From Gammaproteobacteria bacterium (GTDB taxonomy: Bacteria > Pseudomonadota > Gammaproteobacteria > JBCCGL01), in NCBI GenBank assembly GCA_965277715.1, contig OZ255836.1:192001-256000 (forward strand): a stretch of DNA of 64,000 nt, written 5' to 3'. The notes beneath the pieces were generated by a model. The model made no database searches, was not told where the DNA came from, and was given only the letters and a program-made list of their open reading frames with translations. The first letter of the stretch is position 1; each line of letters starts with the position of its first letter. The position numbers and the translations under genes are program-made. This document shows positions 1 through 9,780 of this stretch, piece by piece.

Positions 1-11
1 CAGCAAATAAT

Positions 12-83
12 CGCTAACAAGGCGTTCGTTCGGACGCAAACTACGCTGCGCTTCGTTTGCGCCGCACAGCTCTGTCGTTAGGC
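12..83 (+). mobile_element. Integron attC site (gene-cassette recombination site)
   Basis: GCTAAC (R'' core) directly after a TAA at 8-10, a central imperfect palindrome CGGACGCAAAC...GTTTGCGCCG, and GTTAGGC (R' core, GTTRRRY) at 77-83; 72 bp; followed by an RBS (AGAGG) and ATG at 103. Confidence 0.8.
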
Positions 84-102
84 GAAGAAAAGAGGCAATA
101 GC

Positions 103-180
103 ATGGATTTAGATAAGTATGATTTGAGAAATCAAATAAGAGTACTTCCGCTCGGCCACAGATTGGCTGGGCTAATGCTA
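103..180 (+). pseudogene. 5' stub of the next cassette ORF, cut by an IS5 insertion at CTAG
   Basis: RBS+ATG just after the attC; MDLDKYDLRNQIRVLPLGHRLA... runs into the IS5 terminal repeat at 181. Confidence 0.5.
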
Positions 181-352
181 GGGCCTGTTGACGTTTCACA
201 TGGGTAACCAAAGAAAGGAGCATGCCGAGGCGAGCATGCTCCGATAATTCCGCTTCAACTTATCATATCGAGTGGCAATCGCTCGAAAATGCTTCAATCG
301 AGCAAACACATTTTTCAACCAGGCGTCGGTATTTGTATAAACACCAGTCGAT
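181..352 (-). mobile_element. IS5-family fragment (terminal IR plus transposase 3' end)
   Basis: IR GGGCCTGTTGACGTTT after CTA; near-identical to the 3' end of the IS5 at 58065-58918 (..ARLKHFRAIATRYDKLKRNY..). Confidence 0.9.
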
Positions 353-359
353 GTAGAAG

Positions 360-2107
360 TGTGATTACCAAGGGATTGTGTCGGTCTAACTACCGAGCGA
401 CTTTGTCGTAGATAGGATATCATCCAGTTGCTACACTGGCTATGGTTTACGCACTTTTCTGAGAGCTTGCGATTTCTCTACTCTTAAAGCCGTGGTATTC
501 ATATTTTGCCGCAGCCATATACCGCGAACACCACCTGGGCTTATATCAGCACCCAGAGCGGCAGAGAGTTTCAAGGCCACCTTTTGTTGACCAAGATGAG
601 GATGTTCGACAGAGAATTGCACAACGGCATCCTCAATTGCCTTATCCACGCAGTTTTTATGCCGTATGTTGGGTGTTTCTTGTCGTTTTAAGGTCTCTAC
701 ACCGCCTTGTTTAACCCGCTTTAAATGGCGATAAATGGTGTCACGTGAGACGCCACTCAAACGAGATACTTCAGATACGTTACCCAACCTTTTAACTAAA
801 GCCAACACCTCTAATTTCTTCTGTACAGCTAAGTCTTCGGTAGCTAGTTTGCTTGGTTCAGTGACTTCTGATATCTCAAGTTTTCGCCCAGCGAAGTGGG
901 CAGTGAAGCCTTTCTTGTGGGTATTTCTGATTTCGATTTTTTGATTTGCAATAGAATATTTAAGCGGTGAATCAATCAAGTAAAACTTATTTCCATAGCT
1001 GAAGGTGTGGTCGTTGCGTATTTTTCGATGGTCTTTGATGACGCAGATGTCATCAAGATTGGCGTATCTTGGCAAGGGCGTAAATTCAGAAGGTAGCTGT
1101 TTTGCTTTGACTTGAATATGATTTTGCCAGAATTGGGGAATAAATACGTGTTTTAGATATGTGTTGGCACTTGCAATGTCTTTGATGTTGCTAAGTCTTA
1201 GCTCAGGCACAAGGCGGTCTTGGAAAGTATCGAAGGCACGTTCAATACGCCCTTTTCCTTGTGGTGAATTGGCGAAGATAATCTCAATACCTAATTCTTC
1301 ACAGGCCCGCTGCATTTGTGAAAAGTTACAACGCTTAGGGCCACCGAAGATACCCGCTCTATCCACATAAAGCGTTTTAAATAATCCCTTCGTTTCAATG
1401 CAATCTCGCATGACCTTCAAGCAACCAACGGTGGTTTCAGAGGGGAAGAACTCTGCATACACTTCACTGGTGGCATCATCAATCATGGCAATTAAACAGT
1501 GTTTCTTATCGCCAAACCAACGATGCGGGCTACCATCCATCTGCATCATTAAGCCCGGTGCTTCCATACGCTCTCTGCGTTTACGGGCTTTACCGCGCCT
1601 ACGTTTAGCGCGTTTTACATGGTGGATATCGTGCGCCCAACCGCGCAGAGTTTCGCGCTTTACCATAATATGATCATTCGCCTTAAGCTTTTCAGCAAGA
1701 TGCAGCAAATTTAAATCAAAATACTTGTCTTTGATTAAGGCTTGCACCGCTTTTTTTATCGACACTGGTATTTTATTCTGCGGCGGCTTACCGCTGTTAC
1801 CATGCACGGCAAACTGAATACCGACTTGCTGATATCGCTTCACATAACGTTCAATGCTGCGTCGAGACTTACTGAGTAATTTAGCCGCATTGGCAATCGT
1901 TATTCTGCCTTCAACTACTTTAGCAATTATATCAACGGTGAGTTGCGTTTTAGAATCCATCATGATCATCCTCAACATGCCTCTAGCATTCAAAAAAAGA
2001 ACACTAACAAACATGTAAAAAAGAGACCGACAGTTTCCCTTGGTAATTAGCGATTACGACAGAATCGCTTGGTAATTAAGGTACGACAAAGTCGCTTGGT
2101 GTTAACA
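360..2107 (-). mobile_element. IS1202/ISNCY-like insertion sequence
   Basis: TGT...ACA ends in register (TGTGATTACCAAGGGATTGTGTCG vs reverse complement TGTTAACACCAAGCGACTTTGTCG); the subterminal ACCAAG(C/G)GA..TGTCG-type motif occurs twice at the left end and three times at the right end; no target duplication seen. Confidence 0.8.
440..2014 (-). CDS. DDE transposase (ISNCY/IS1202-like) with an extra C-terminal IS481-like HTH region; true start probably ~1965
   Basis: N-terminal HTH, QMDGSPHRWF, IDDAT, LYVDRAGIF, SPQGKGRIERAFDTFQDRL motifs. Confidence 0.9.
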   Translation of the reverse strand: MFVSVLFLNARGMLRMIMMDSKTQLTVDIIAKVVEGRITIANAAKLLSKSRRSIERYVKRYQQVGIQFAVHGNSGKPPQNKIPVSIKKAVQALIKDKYFDLNLLHLAEKLKANDHIMVKRETLRGWAHDIHHVKRAKRRRGKARKRRERMEAPGLMMQMDGSPHRWFGDKKHCLIAMIDDATSEVYAEFFPSETTVGCLKVMRDCIETKGLFKTLYVDRAGIFGGPKRCNFSQMQRACEELGIEIIFANSPQGKGRIERAFDTFQDRLVPELRLSNIKDIASANTYLKHVFIPQFWQNHIQVKAKQLPSEFTPLPRYANLDDICVIKDHRKIRNDHTFSYGNKFYLIDSPLKYSIANQKIEIRNTHKKGFTAHFAGRKLEISEVTEPSKLATEDLAVQKKLEVLALVKRLGNVSEVSRLSGVSRDTIYRHLKRVKQGGVETLKRQETPNIRHKNCVDKAIEDAVVQFSVEHPHLGQQKVALKLSAALGADISPGGVRGIWLRQNMNTTALRVEKSQALRKVRKP

Positions 2108-2732
2108 CACTTTACTGCACTGGGTTGCATTTTTTTCGGCTGTCGTTCTTTTAGAACTTTCTCCTGGTGCTGATATGGCTTTCATGCTTGGCCAAACTGT
2201 TCGCAACGGGCGCATAGCCGGGTTTGCAGCATTGTTCGGGAGTTTAGCTGCCACATTTTTCCACATTGCGATGGCAGCTATTGGTCTATCTGCAGTAATA
2301 GCCACATCCGCAATCGCTTTTTCAATCATAAAATGGGCCGGTGTTATTTACCTGATTTGGCTTGGGTGCCAGGCATTGTTTTCTAATGAAAAAAATAAAA
2401 CGACAGCGGTAATCAAGTCACCGACGACAAGTTCAATCTTCTTACAAGGGGCGCTAATTTCTGCCCTTAATCCTAAAGTCGCAATCTTTTTCTTGGCATT
2501 CCTTCCTCAGTTTGTAGTAGAAGGTGCTGGTCCAGTGAGCTTGCAATTGCTACTACACGGAGCACTGATAGTTGTAGTCGGCTGTTTGCTACAAACACCC
2601 TTAATACTTATGGGATCACGGATAGCTTCTACGTTGAGAGGAAACCAAAATCTTCGACTTTGGTTTGATCGTTGCCTTGGAGCATTGTACTTCACGTTAG
2701 GCATTCGACTTGCAATTAGCAAAATGAATTAA
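2108..2732 (+). CDS. LysE/RhtB family translocator; native start removed by the IS end (possibly a pseudogene)
   Basis: The frame extends upstream of the ORF-track start as TLLHWVAFFSAVVLLELSPGADMAF (LysE SPG motif) up to the IS end with no start codon; LNPKVAIFFLAFLPQF motif. Confidence 0.8.
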
Positions 2733-2920
2733 TACGGCTGGTTTTTCGCATAAAAAGCGCATGCAGTGGGCTGCCGATTCGCTGCGCGCTTTGTCAGCCG
2801 CTGATGCCTGTCCTGCCCAATTGTTACTTTGTGCACACAGTTGTCGTTGGCAACACTGCATTGTTTACCACTATAATTAGTTATTCTATATTCCCATCTA
2901 TATTGCTGGAGTTTCAGCCT

Positions 2921-4693
2921 ATGGCTTACCAAGTTCCCCTTGCCGATATAGCATTTGCCCTAGAAGTGGCCGGTGCCGAGACTATCTCTCGCCTACCAGG
3001 TTATGAAGAGGTTACGCCCGATTTAATCAATACCATTGTCGAAGAGGCTGGAAAGTTTGCCACTGACGTATTGGCCCCCCTTAATGCGCCGGGCGATCAG
3101 CAAGGGGCAAAGTGGCACGAAGAGGGTGTAACAACCGTTGAAGGCTGGCAGCAAGCTTATGCACAATTTGCTGCAAATGGCTGGGGTAGCCTGGGTTTTG
3201 ATCCTGAGTACGGTGGGCAGGGTTTGCCCATGTTGGCCTCAACGGCGGTAATGGAATTGTGGAGTTCATCGAATATGGCATTTGGCTTATGCCCACTGTT
3301 GACTCAAGGGGCCATTGATGCGATTTACAGTCATGGTTCTGAGGCGATGAAAAGCACCTACCTGCCAAAGATGATATCAGGCGAATGGACAGGTACTATG
3401 AATTTGACTGAAGCGCAGGCGGGTTCTGATTTGGCGGCGATTCGCAGTAGCGCAACCCCTAGCGGGGATCACTATTTAATTAAAGGGCAAAAGATCTATA
3501 TCACCTACGGCGAGCACGATCTTGCAGAAAATATTATTCATCTGGTATTGGCGCGCACCCCGGATGCACCACAGGGTGTGAAGGGTATTTCCCTGTTTGT
3601 CGTGCCAAAATTCTTAGTCCAGGCAGATGGCTCTCCCGGCGAACGCAACGATCTGCGCTGTGTATCGATTGAGCACAAACTCGGTATTCACGCCAGCCCC
3701 ACGGCGGTAATGGCATACGGTGATAATGAGGGTGCGGTTGGTTATCTGGTTGGTGAGGAAAACAAGGGATTGATTTATATGTTCACCATGATGAATATCG
3801 CCCGTCACAGTGTGGGCGTACAAGGCTATGCCCTGGCCGAGCGCGCCTACCAGCAAGCGCGGGATTTTTCCCGTGAACGCACCCAGGGGGCCACGGTATT
3901 AGCGGGCGATAGCGGCAGTAAAACCATTATTAACCACCCGGATATCCGCCGTATTTTGTTGTTGATGCGTTCACAAACAGAAGCGATGCGGGCTTTGGCA
4001 TTTGAGTGTGCGGTTGCTTTTGATCACGCAGGCAAACACCCTGATGCCGATGTGCGCGCATTTTTCCAGCGCCGTGGTGAATTGCTAACACCGTTGGTCA
4101 AAGGGTGGTCGACTGAAATAGGTGTGGAGATATGCTCCCTGGGGGTTCAGGTGCATGGTGGTATGGGTTTTATTGAGGAGACGGGTGCTGCGCAGCATCT
4201 GCGCGATGTGCGTATAACGCCTATTTATGAGGGCACCACGGGTATTCAGGCAAACGATCTGATTGGCCGCAAGCTCGCCCGTGATGGTGGGCAGGGGGTG
4301 CGCGAGTTGGTGGCGGCGATGCGTGAATGCCAGGCTGCACTGCCCGATACCCTCGATGTTGCTATTGCCACTTCGCTTGAAGATTGTGTCAATGCGATAG
4401 AGACAACGACTGAGTGGATGTTGTCGCAAGACGATCCGGCGTTACCGGCTGCTGCATCGGTTAATTATTTAATGTTAATGGGGATTGCCAGTGGGTACTG
4501 GATGATGGCACGGGGAGCCGCACTCGCCAGTAAACATCAACTGGAGCAGTGTGGGGATGTTGACTACCTCAAGGCCCGTTGTGTGACTGCTCATTTTTAT
4601 GCGGTGCATGTGGTGCCGAGGGTGGTTGCTTTGAAGGAGATCATTTTGCATGGTTCGGTGGTAGCGATTAAGCTGGATGAAGCGCAGTATTGA
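2921..4693 (+). CDS. Acyl-CoA dehydrogenase (long, DmdC-like type)
   Basis: GTMNLTEAQAGSDL, KGQKIYIT, EHKLGIHASPT, QVHGGMGF, IYEGTTGIQA; RBS GGAG before ATG 2921. Confidence 0.9.
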   Translation: MAYQVPLADIAFALEVAGAETISRLPGYEEVTPDLINTIVEEAGKFATDVLAPLNAPGDQQGAKWHEEGVTTVEGWQQAYAQFAANGWGSLGFDPEYGGQGLPMLASTAVMELWSSSNMAFGLCPLLTQGAIDAIYSHGSEAMKSTYLPKMISGEWTGTMNLTEAQAGSDLAAIRSSATPSGDHYLIKGQKIYITYGEHDLAENIIHLVLARTPDAPQGVKGISLFVVPKFLVQADGSPGERNDLRCVSIEHKLGIHASPTAVMAYGDNEGAVGYLVGEENKGLIYMFTMMNIARHSVGVQGYALAERAYQQARDFSRERTQGATVLAGDSGSKTIINHPDIRRILLLMRSQTEAMRALAFECAVAFDHAGKHPDADVRAFFQRRGELLTPLVKGWSTEIGVEICSLGVQVHGGMGFIEETGAAQHLRDVRITPIYEGTTGIQANDLIGRKLARDGGQGVRELVAAMRECQAALPDTLDVAIATSLEDCVNAIETTTEWMLSQDDPALPAAASVNYLMLMGIASGYWMMARGAALASKHQLEQCGDVDYLKARCVTAHFYAVHVVPRVVALKEIILHGSVVAIKLDEAQY

Positions 4694-4886
4694 TTTAGAT
4701 TTGACGTTGCTCTATCTCCTGTATCCGTACAGTCGTCGGTAACTGCTCCTGTGGACAGCAGGCTTACACTAATTGTTAATTGCTGGTTGCTTGTGGTTGT
4801 GTCTCTGGGGTATTGGTTGTTTACTTAGGTGGCTTTGTTATTGTGAGTTACCTTCATGCTGGCAAGGCGCAGTGAGTTGTAGTTAT

Positions 4887-5618
4887 TTAATTGGATAGTT
4901 GTAATAAATACCCCGTGCCACCAAGTGCGCGCATTTGCTTCAATATCCAGCGCTGCCGTTTTAGGGTATAGGCGGAAGGCTGGTCAACCCGGTAGATCGC
5001 TGGGTTGGGCAATACGGCGGCAAGCAGTGCCGCTTCCCACCGGTTAAGGTTTGAGGCATTTTTGGCAAAGTAGTACTCACTGGCCGCCTGTGCGCCAAAT
5101 TGCCTGTCTCCCCATTGGGCAATGTTGAGGTAAACCTCCAATATGCGTTGTTTGGGCCACAGTGATTCAATCAGTACGGTCAACCACGCTTCGATGCCTT
5201 TGCGTATCCAGGATTGTGCCGGCCATAAAAATAGATTTTTCGCCACCTGCTGGGAAATCGTGCTGGCCCCGCGACGACTCTCCCCACGTTGGCGTGCCTT
5301 GAGGGCCTGTTTGATGGACTCAATATCGAAACCAGTGTGTTGTGCAAATAACTGATCTTCTGCGGCGATTACGGCAATTTTTAGCTGAGGGGATAACCGT
5401 TGCCAGTCTACCCACTGGTAGTGTAGTGCCGTTTGGTTTGCGTCGATAAACCCGCTGGGCCATTGGTGTTGTAGCATGAACGATGTGGTGGGAGGGTTTA
5501 CCCACCGGAACGCCAGGATGGTCAGTGCACTGAATAGCATTAAACACAGTGGCAAAAAAAACAGCCACTTTATAAATGGGCGGCGTTTTTTTGTGGATTT
5601 ATTTTTCCTGCGGTACAT
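4887..5618 (-). CDS. mtgA: Monofunctional peptidoglycan transglycosylase
   Basis: AAEDQLFAQHTGFD, GASTISQQVAKNLFL, RKGIE, ILEVYLN, LPNP motifs; N-terminal TM. Confidence 0.95.
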   Translation of the reverse strand: MYRRKNKSTKKRRPFIKWLFFLPLCLMLFSALTILAFRWVNPPTTSFMLQHQWPSGFIDANQTALHYQWVDWQRLSPQLKIAVIAAEDQLFAQHTGFDIESIKQALKARQRGESRRGASTISQQVAKNLFLWPAQSWIRKGIEAWLTVLIESLWPKQRILEVYLNIAQWGDRQFGAQAASEYYFAKNASNLNRWEAALLAAVLPNPAIYRVDQPSAYTLKRQRWILKQMRALGGTGYLLQLSN

Positions 5619-5749
5619 CTATAATACTTGGTCGATCAATAAGTTGCCTATAAGAATAACACTCAAAAATACGCATGATATTATAGGCCATAGCAGTAAA
5701 ACGCATTTGCTTGATGCCTGTCAGATTTTAAATTTTTGGAGCTAATCTT

Positions 5750-6526
5750 TTGAACTACGAAAATATTTTACTGGAAATCCACGATGCAGTCGGGCTGATT
5801 ACATTGCATCGCCCCAAAGCAATGAATGCCCTGTCCAGTGTGCTGATGGGGGAAATGACCCATGCGCTAGATGCACTGGAGGCAGACGATGCGATTGGTG
5901 CGATTGTCATTACAGGTAGTGAAAAGGCCTTTGCTGCTGGTGCCGACATTAAAGAGATGAGGGATAAGACCTTTATGCAGGCGTATAAAGAGAATTTTAT
6001 TACCGTTGGCTGGGAGCGGATCACCCGCTGCCGCAAACCCGTTATCGCGGCGGTGGCAGGCTATGCTCTCGGTGGTGGGTGTGAAACAGCGATGATGTGT
6101 GATTTTATTATTGCCGCCGATAACGCAAAATTTGGCCAGCCTGAGGTGACTATTGGCACCATTCCCGGCGCGGGAGGGACTCAGCGTTTAACGCGTCTGG
6201 TGGGTAAAGCCAAGGCGATGGAAATGTGCCTGACCGGGCGTATGATGGATGCCGAAGAAGCGGAGCGGGCGGGGTTGGTCAGTCGTATTGTGCCACTGGA
6301 TCAGCTATTGGATGAAGCGCTGAAAACGGCCGCGAAGATTGCTGCGTTCTCGCGGCCTATTGTGATGATGATAAAAGAGTCGGTAGACAGTGCATTGGAA
6401 ACCAGCTTGCACGAAGGTATCAAAATCGAAAGGCGTTTGTTTCACGCTGCGTTTGCCACCGAAGACCAAAAAGAGGGTATGGCGGCGTTTGCAGAAAAAC
6501 GATCACCGGCGTTTACGCATCAATAA
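5750..6526 (+). CDS. Enoyl-CoA hydratase (crotonase family)
   Basis: [35 protein letters not shown]. Confidence 0.93.
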   Translation: MNYENILLEIHDAVGLITLHRPKAMNALSSVLMGEMTHALDALEADDAIGAIVITGSEKAFAAGADIKEMRDKTFMQAYKENFITVGWERITRCRKPVIAAVAGYALGGGCETAMMCDFIIAADNAKFGQPEVTIGTIPGAGGTQRLTRLVGKAKAMEMCLTGRMMDAEEAERAGLVSRIVPLDQLLDEALKTAAKIAAFSRPIVMMIKESVDSALETSLHEGIKIERRLFHAAFATEDQKEGMAAFAEKRSPAFTHQ

Positions 6527-6575
6527 GTAAGGCGTGAGTGACAACAACTTCTGACACCCTCTCTGGAGGGTGCCG

Positions 6576-6609
6576 AAAAAGCCCTTCTCTCTGAGGGTGA
6601 GGGGCTTTT
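6576..6609. terminator. Probable intrinsic terminator hairpin
   Basis: AAAAAGCCCTT...AGGGGCTTTT stem with A/T tails downstream of the enoyl-CoA hydratase. Confidence 0.55.
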
Positions 6610-6718
6610 AAAACGCCCTCTTCAGGAATAACGACAGTGCAGGCAAACGATAATACGATCAGCAGTGATCGGCAGAAAATGATTGTTTACTTTACGCCGT
6701 TTAAATTAAAGCGCTGAT

Positions 6719-8395
6719 ATGACAGAAAAAATGCAAACTGGTGGGCAGCTCCTGGTCGAATGCCTGAAACAACTGGGCGCTAAAAAATGCTTCGGCGTAC
6801 CGGGTGAGAGTTATCTGGATGTGCTTAATGCGCTATACGATACCCAGGGCGAGCTCGATTTTATTCTCTGCCGTAACGAGGGGGGCGCCGCCTTTATGGC
6901 GGAGGCTTTTGGCAAACTTACAGGCACACCGGGTATTTGTCTGGTAACCCGTGGGCCAGGGGCTACCAATGCCTCAATCGGGGTGCACACGGCCATGCAG
7001 GGTTCAACGCCCATGATCCTGTTTGTCGGTCAGGTGGGCACGGGTATGCAAGGCCGCGAGGCGTTCCAGGAGATAGACTATCGCGCCTTTTACGGCGGTG
7101 TGGCGAAATGGGTGGTTGAGATCGATCGGGTTGACCGCATTCCCGAACTGCTCAGCCGCGCCTGGTCGACGGCATTGTCCGGTCGGCCCGGCCCCGTGAT
7201 AGTGGCTCTGCCAGAAGATATGCTGACCTCGACGAGCGCTATCGCCCCTTGTCGGCCTCTACGTATTGCAGAACCCTCACCCTCCAGTACCGAGGTGAGT
7301 GAAATAGTGGGCTTGCTGGCAACGGCCAAACGGCCTCTGGTGCTGGCTGGCGGTGGTCGATGGGACACCAAAGGGCGTGAGGCCTTGCAGTATTTTATCG
7401 AGGCGAATGACCTGCCACTGGCCGCCGCATTCCGGTTTCAGGATGTGTGTAATAACCACAGCCCGTGTTATGTAGGGGATGCCGGTGTGGGCATGATCCC
7501 CTCGGTTAAAGCCCTGATCCGCGATGCCGATGTGATTCTCGCCCTGGGCATTCGTTTTGGTGAAATGAGCACGGATGCCTATACCCTGCTCGATGTGCCC
7601 CACCCCTCGGCGAAACTGATTCATATTCACGCCTCTGATCGTGAGCTGGGTAAAGTGTACGCCGCTGATTTGCCTGTGCACGCCGGGCCTAACCAGGTGG
7701 CGCTGGCGTTGCGGCAGCTTGTGCTGCCGGTTAGCTGGTCGGCATGGCGGTCGCGGGCGCGTGATGCTTACCTCAGCAGTTTTCGCGATGCGCCGGTACA
7801 GCCTGGCCCGGTCGATATGGTGGCGGTGATGGCCTGGTTGCGTGAACGGCTGGGTGATGATGTGATTGTCACTAATGGCGCGGGTAACTTTGCTGTCTGG
7901 CCTAATAAATTCTTTCAATTCGGCCCTGGCCAGCGTTTATTGGCACCCCAGAGTGGAGCGATGGGCTACGGCGTGCCAGCGGCTGTCGCCGCCAAGCTGG
8001 CAGAACCTGAACATACCGTTATCTGTTTTGCCGGCGATGGGGATTTTCAGATGAACTGCCAGGAGCTGGGCACCGCGCTGCAAGCGGGCTGTCAGCCGAT
8101 TATTCTGATTTTGAATAATGGCAGTTATGGGACAATTCGCATGCACCAGGAGCGCCACTACCCGGCGCGGGTATCGGGCACTGATCTGGTCAATCCCGAT
8201 TTTGTCGCGCTGGCCCAGGCCTATGGTTTTTATGCGGAGAGGGTGGCATCAACGGCAGATTTTGCCGGGGCATTTGCGCGTGCCCAGGCATCAGAATCAG
8301 GGGCTGTGCTCGATTTGGCGATAGCGACTGAGGCGTTGACACCCCGCCAAACGCTTAGCCAGATTCGTGCGGCGGCTATGGGCGGAAAGTTATAA
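6719..8395 (+). CDS. Thiamine-pyrophosphate-binding enzyme (acetolactate synthase-like)
   Basis: FGVPGESYL, RNEGGAAFMA, TRGPGATN, GDGDFQMN...NNGSYGTIR TPP motif. Confidence 0.92.
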   Translation: MTEKMQTGGQLLVECLKQLGAKKCFGVPGESYLDVLNALYDTQGELDFILCRNEGGAAFMAEAFGKLTGTPGICLVTRGPGATNASIGVHTAMQGSTPMILFVGQVGTGMQGREAFQEIDYRAFYGGVAKWVVEIDRVDRIPELLSRAWSTALSGRPGPVIVALPEDMLTSTSAIAPCRPLRIAEPSPSSTEVSEIVGLLATAKRPLVLAGGGRWDTKGREALQYFIEANDLPLAAAFRFQDVCNNHSPCYVGDAGVGMIPSVKALIRDADVILALGIRFGEMSTDAYTLLDVPHPSAKLIHIHASDRELGKVYAADLPVHAGPNQVALALRQLVLPVSWSAWRSRARDAYLSSFRDAPVQPGPVDMVAVMAWLRERLGDDVIVTNGAGNFAVWPNKFFQFGPGQRLLAPQSGAMGYGVPAAVAAKLAEPEHTVICFAGDGDFQMNCQELGTALQAGCQPIILILNNGSYGTIRMHQERHYPARVSGTDLVNPDFVALAQAYGFYAERVASTADFAGAFARAQASESGAVLDLAIATEALTPRQTLSQIRAAAMGGKL

Positions 8396-8581
8396 TGTGT
8401 GGGGTTTTTTTGCTTTGAAGCTACGTTTCACCAAGTTGATAGCGAATTCAATAACCAGACATCCTTTATCACGGCGATATTTTGTTGCTGGCTTTAGAAT
8501 ATACACAGTGATGCTTTAGTCTTCAGACAAAATATCTTCTGGATTAAATCAAGCGTTTTTGGGTGTGTTTGTTAATCCTGT

Positions 8582-8734
8582 TTAAAAATGCGCAAGGTGT
8601 GGCTTTATCACCTGCAACATCGCATGAAAAATTTTGGGGTTAGCCGCCACTACCTGCTTACCGTGTAACCAGTCTTCACCGCCACTGAAATCGCCAACCA
8701 GGCCACCCGCTTCACGGATGATTAAACTCCCGGC
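8582..8734 (-). repeat. Displaced duplicate of the suhB 3' end (left att-like direct repeat)
   Basis: 153 bp matching 15709-15861 with 9 substitutions by manual alignment; encodes AGSLIIREAGG...IKPHLAHF*. Confidence 0.92.
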
Positions 8735-9707
8735 AGGAGCCATTGTCACCAGCCACGCCAATTGAGTGAAGAAGAACGTTCTGTGGTATTGAATACGCTC
8801 AATAATTGGGAATTCTATGATCAACCACCAGCACAGGTCTACCACACCCTGCTCAGTCGCTGTATTTATCTCTGCTCCATCAGCACCCTGCACCGACTGC
8901 TGCGCCAGTCCGATCAGTCAGGGGAACGCCGAAGACAGCGCCCTGGGCAAGCCAACGCGGTGCCAAGGCTTTCAGCCAGCCAACCTAATGAGGTCTGGAC
9001 GTGGGACATTACAAAACTCGCCACCGTTGAGTGCGGTGTTTACTTATCGCTTTATGTAGTGATGGATTGATTCAGTCGCTATATTGTGGCTTGGATGCTT
9101 TCTCATAAAGAAAACAGCGCACTGGCACAGCCGCTCATTCAAGAGGCCAATACACGTTACGCGATTAGACCCGGCCAGTTGACGCGGCATCAAGATCGCG
9201 GGACTCCGATGACAGCACATTGCTACCTGGACTTATTGGTCGAGTTGGCAGTCACTGCAAGCCACAGCAGACCCCGCGTGAGTAATGATAACCCTCACAG
9301 TGAAAGCCAATTCTGAACACTGAAGTATCAGCCTGACTACCTGCGTCGCTTTGACCATTATCGCCATGCTAACAGGTGGTGCACTGAGTATGTCGATTGG
9401 TACAACCATCAGCACTGCCACAGTGCCTTAGAGGGCTTCACGCCTTGTCAGGTATTGACTGCACAGCACCTGTCTCTCGGTCAAGTTTGTCAACAGGCGC
9501 TGGATAAAAAGTATGCCCAACATCCAGAGCGATTCGTACATCAGCGGCCTCTTGTCAGGATGCCGCCTGCGAAGATCTACATTAACCCCGTACACGATGA
9601 ACTGGGGAATATAGAACACGATGCGCACGTCAACTTTCCAACTCTAAATCGAGCTAAATCTATGCTAACTTGAATAACTATGGCTTGAAACAGGTTGACA
9701 CCTTCCG
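8735..9707 (+). pseudogene. IS3-family transposase OrfB remnant, 5'-truncated, with in-frame stops
   Basis: PNEVWTWDITKL, HQDRGTPM, SHSRPRVSNDNPHSESQF; stops at 9068 and 9314. Confidence 0.88.
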
Positions 9708-9780
9708 TATACTTTTCCTGCCTTAAAATATTTTAATTAAGGAAAAACTCATGTTTGTGACTAATTGGGGATAAGACACC

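Noticed and set aside
8582-8893. 103-aa ORF as a second suhB gene
   Set aside because: Chimera: only the last 50 codons are suhB, the rest is antisense IS3 sequence.
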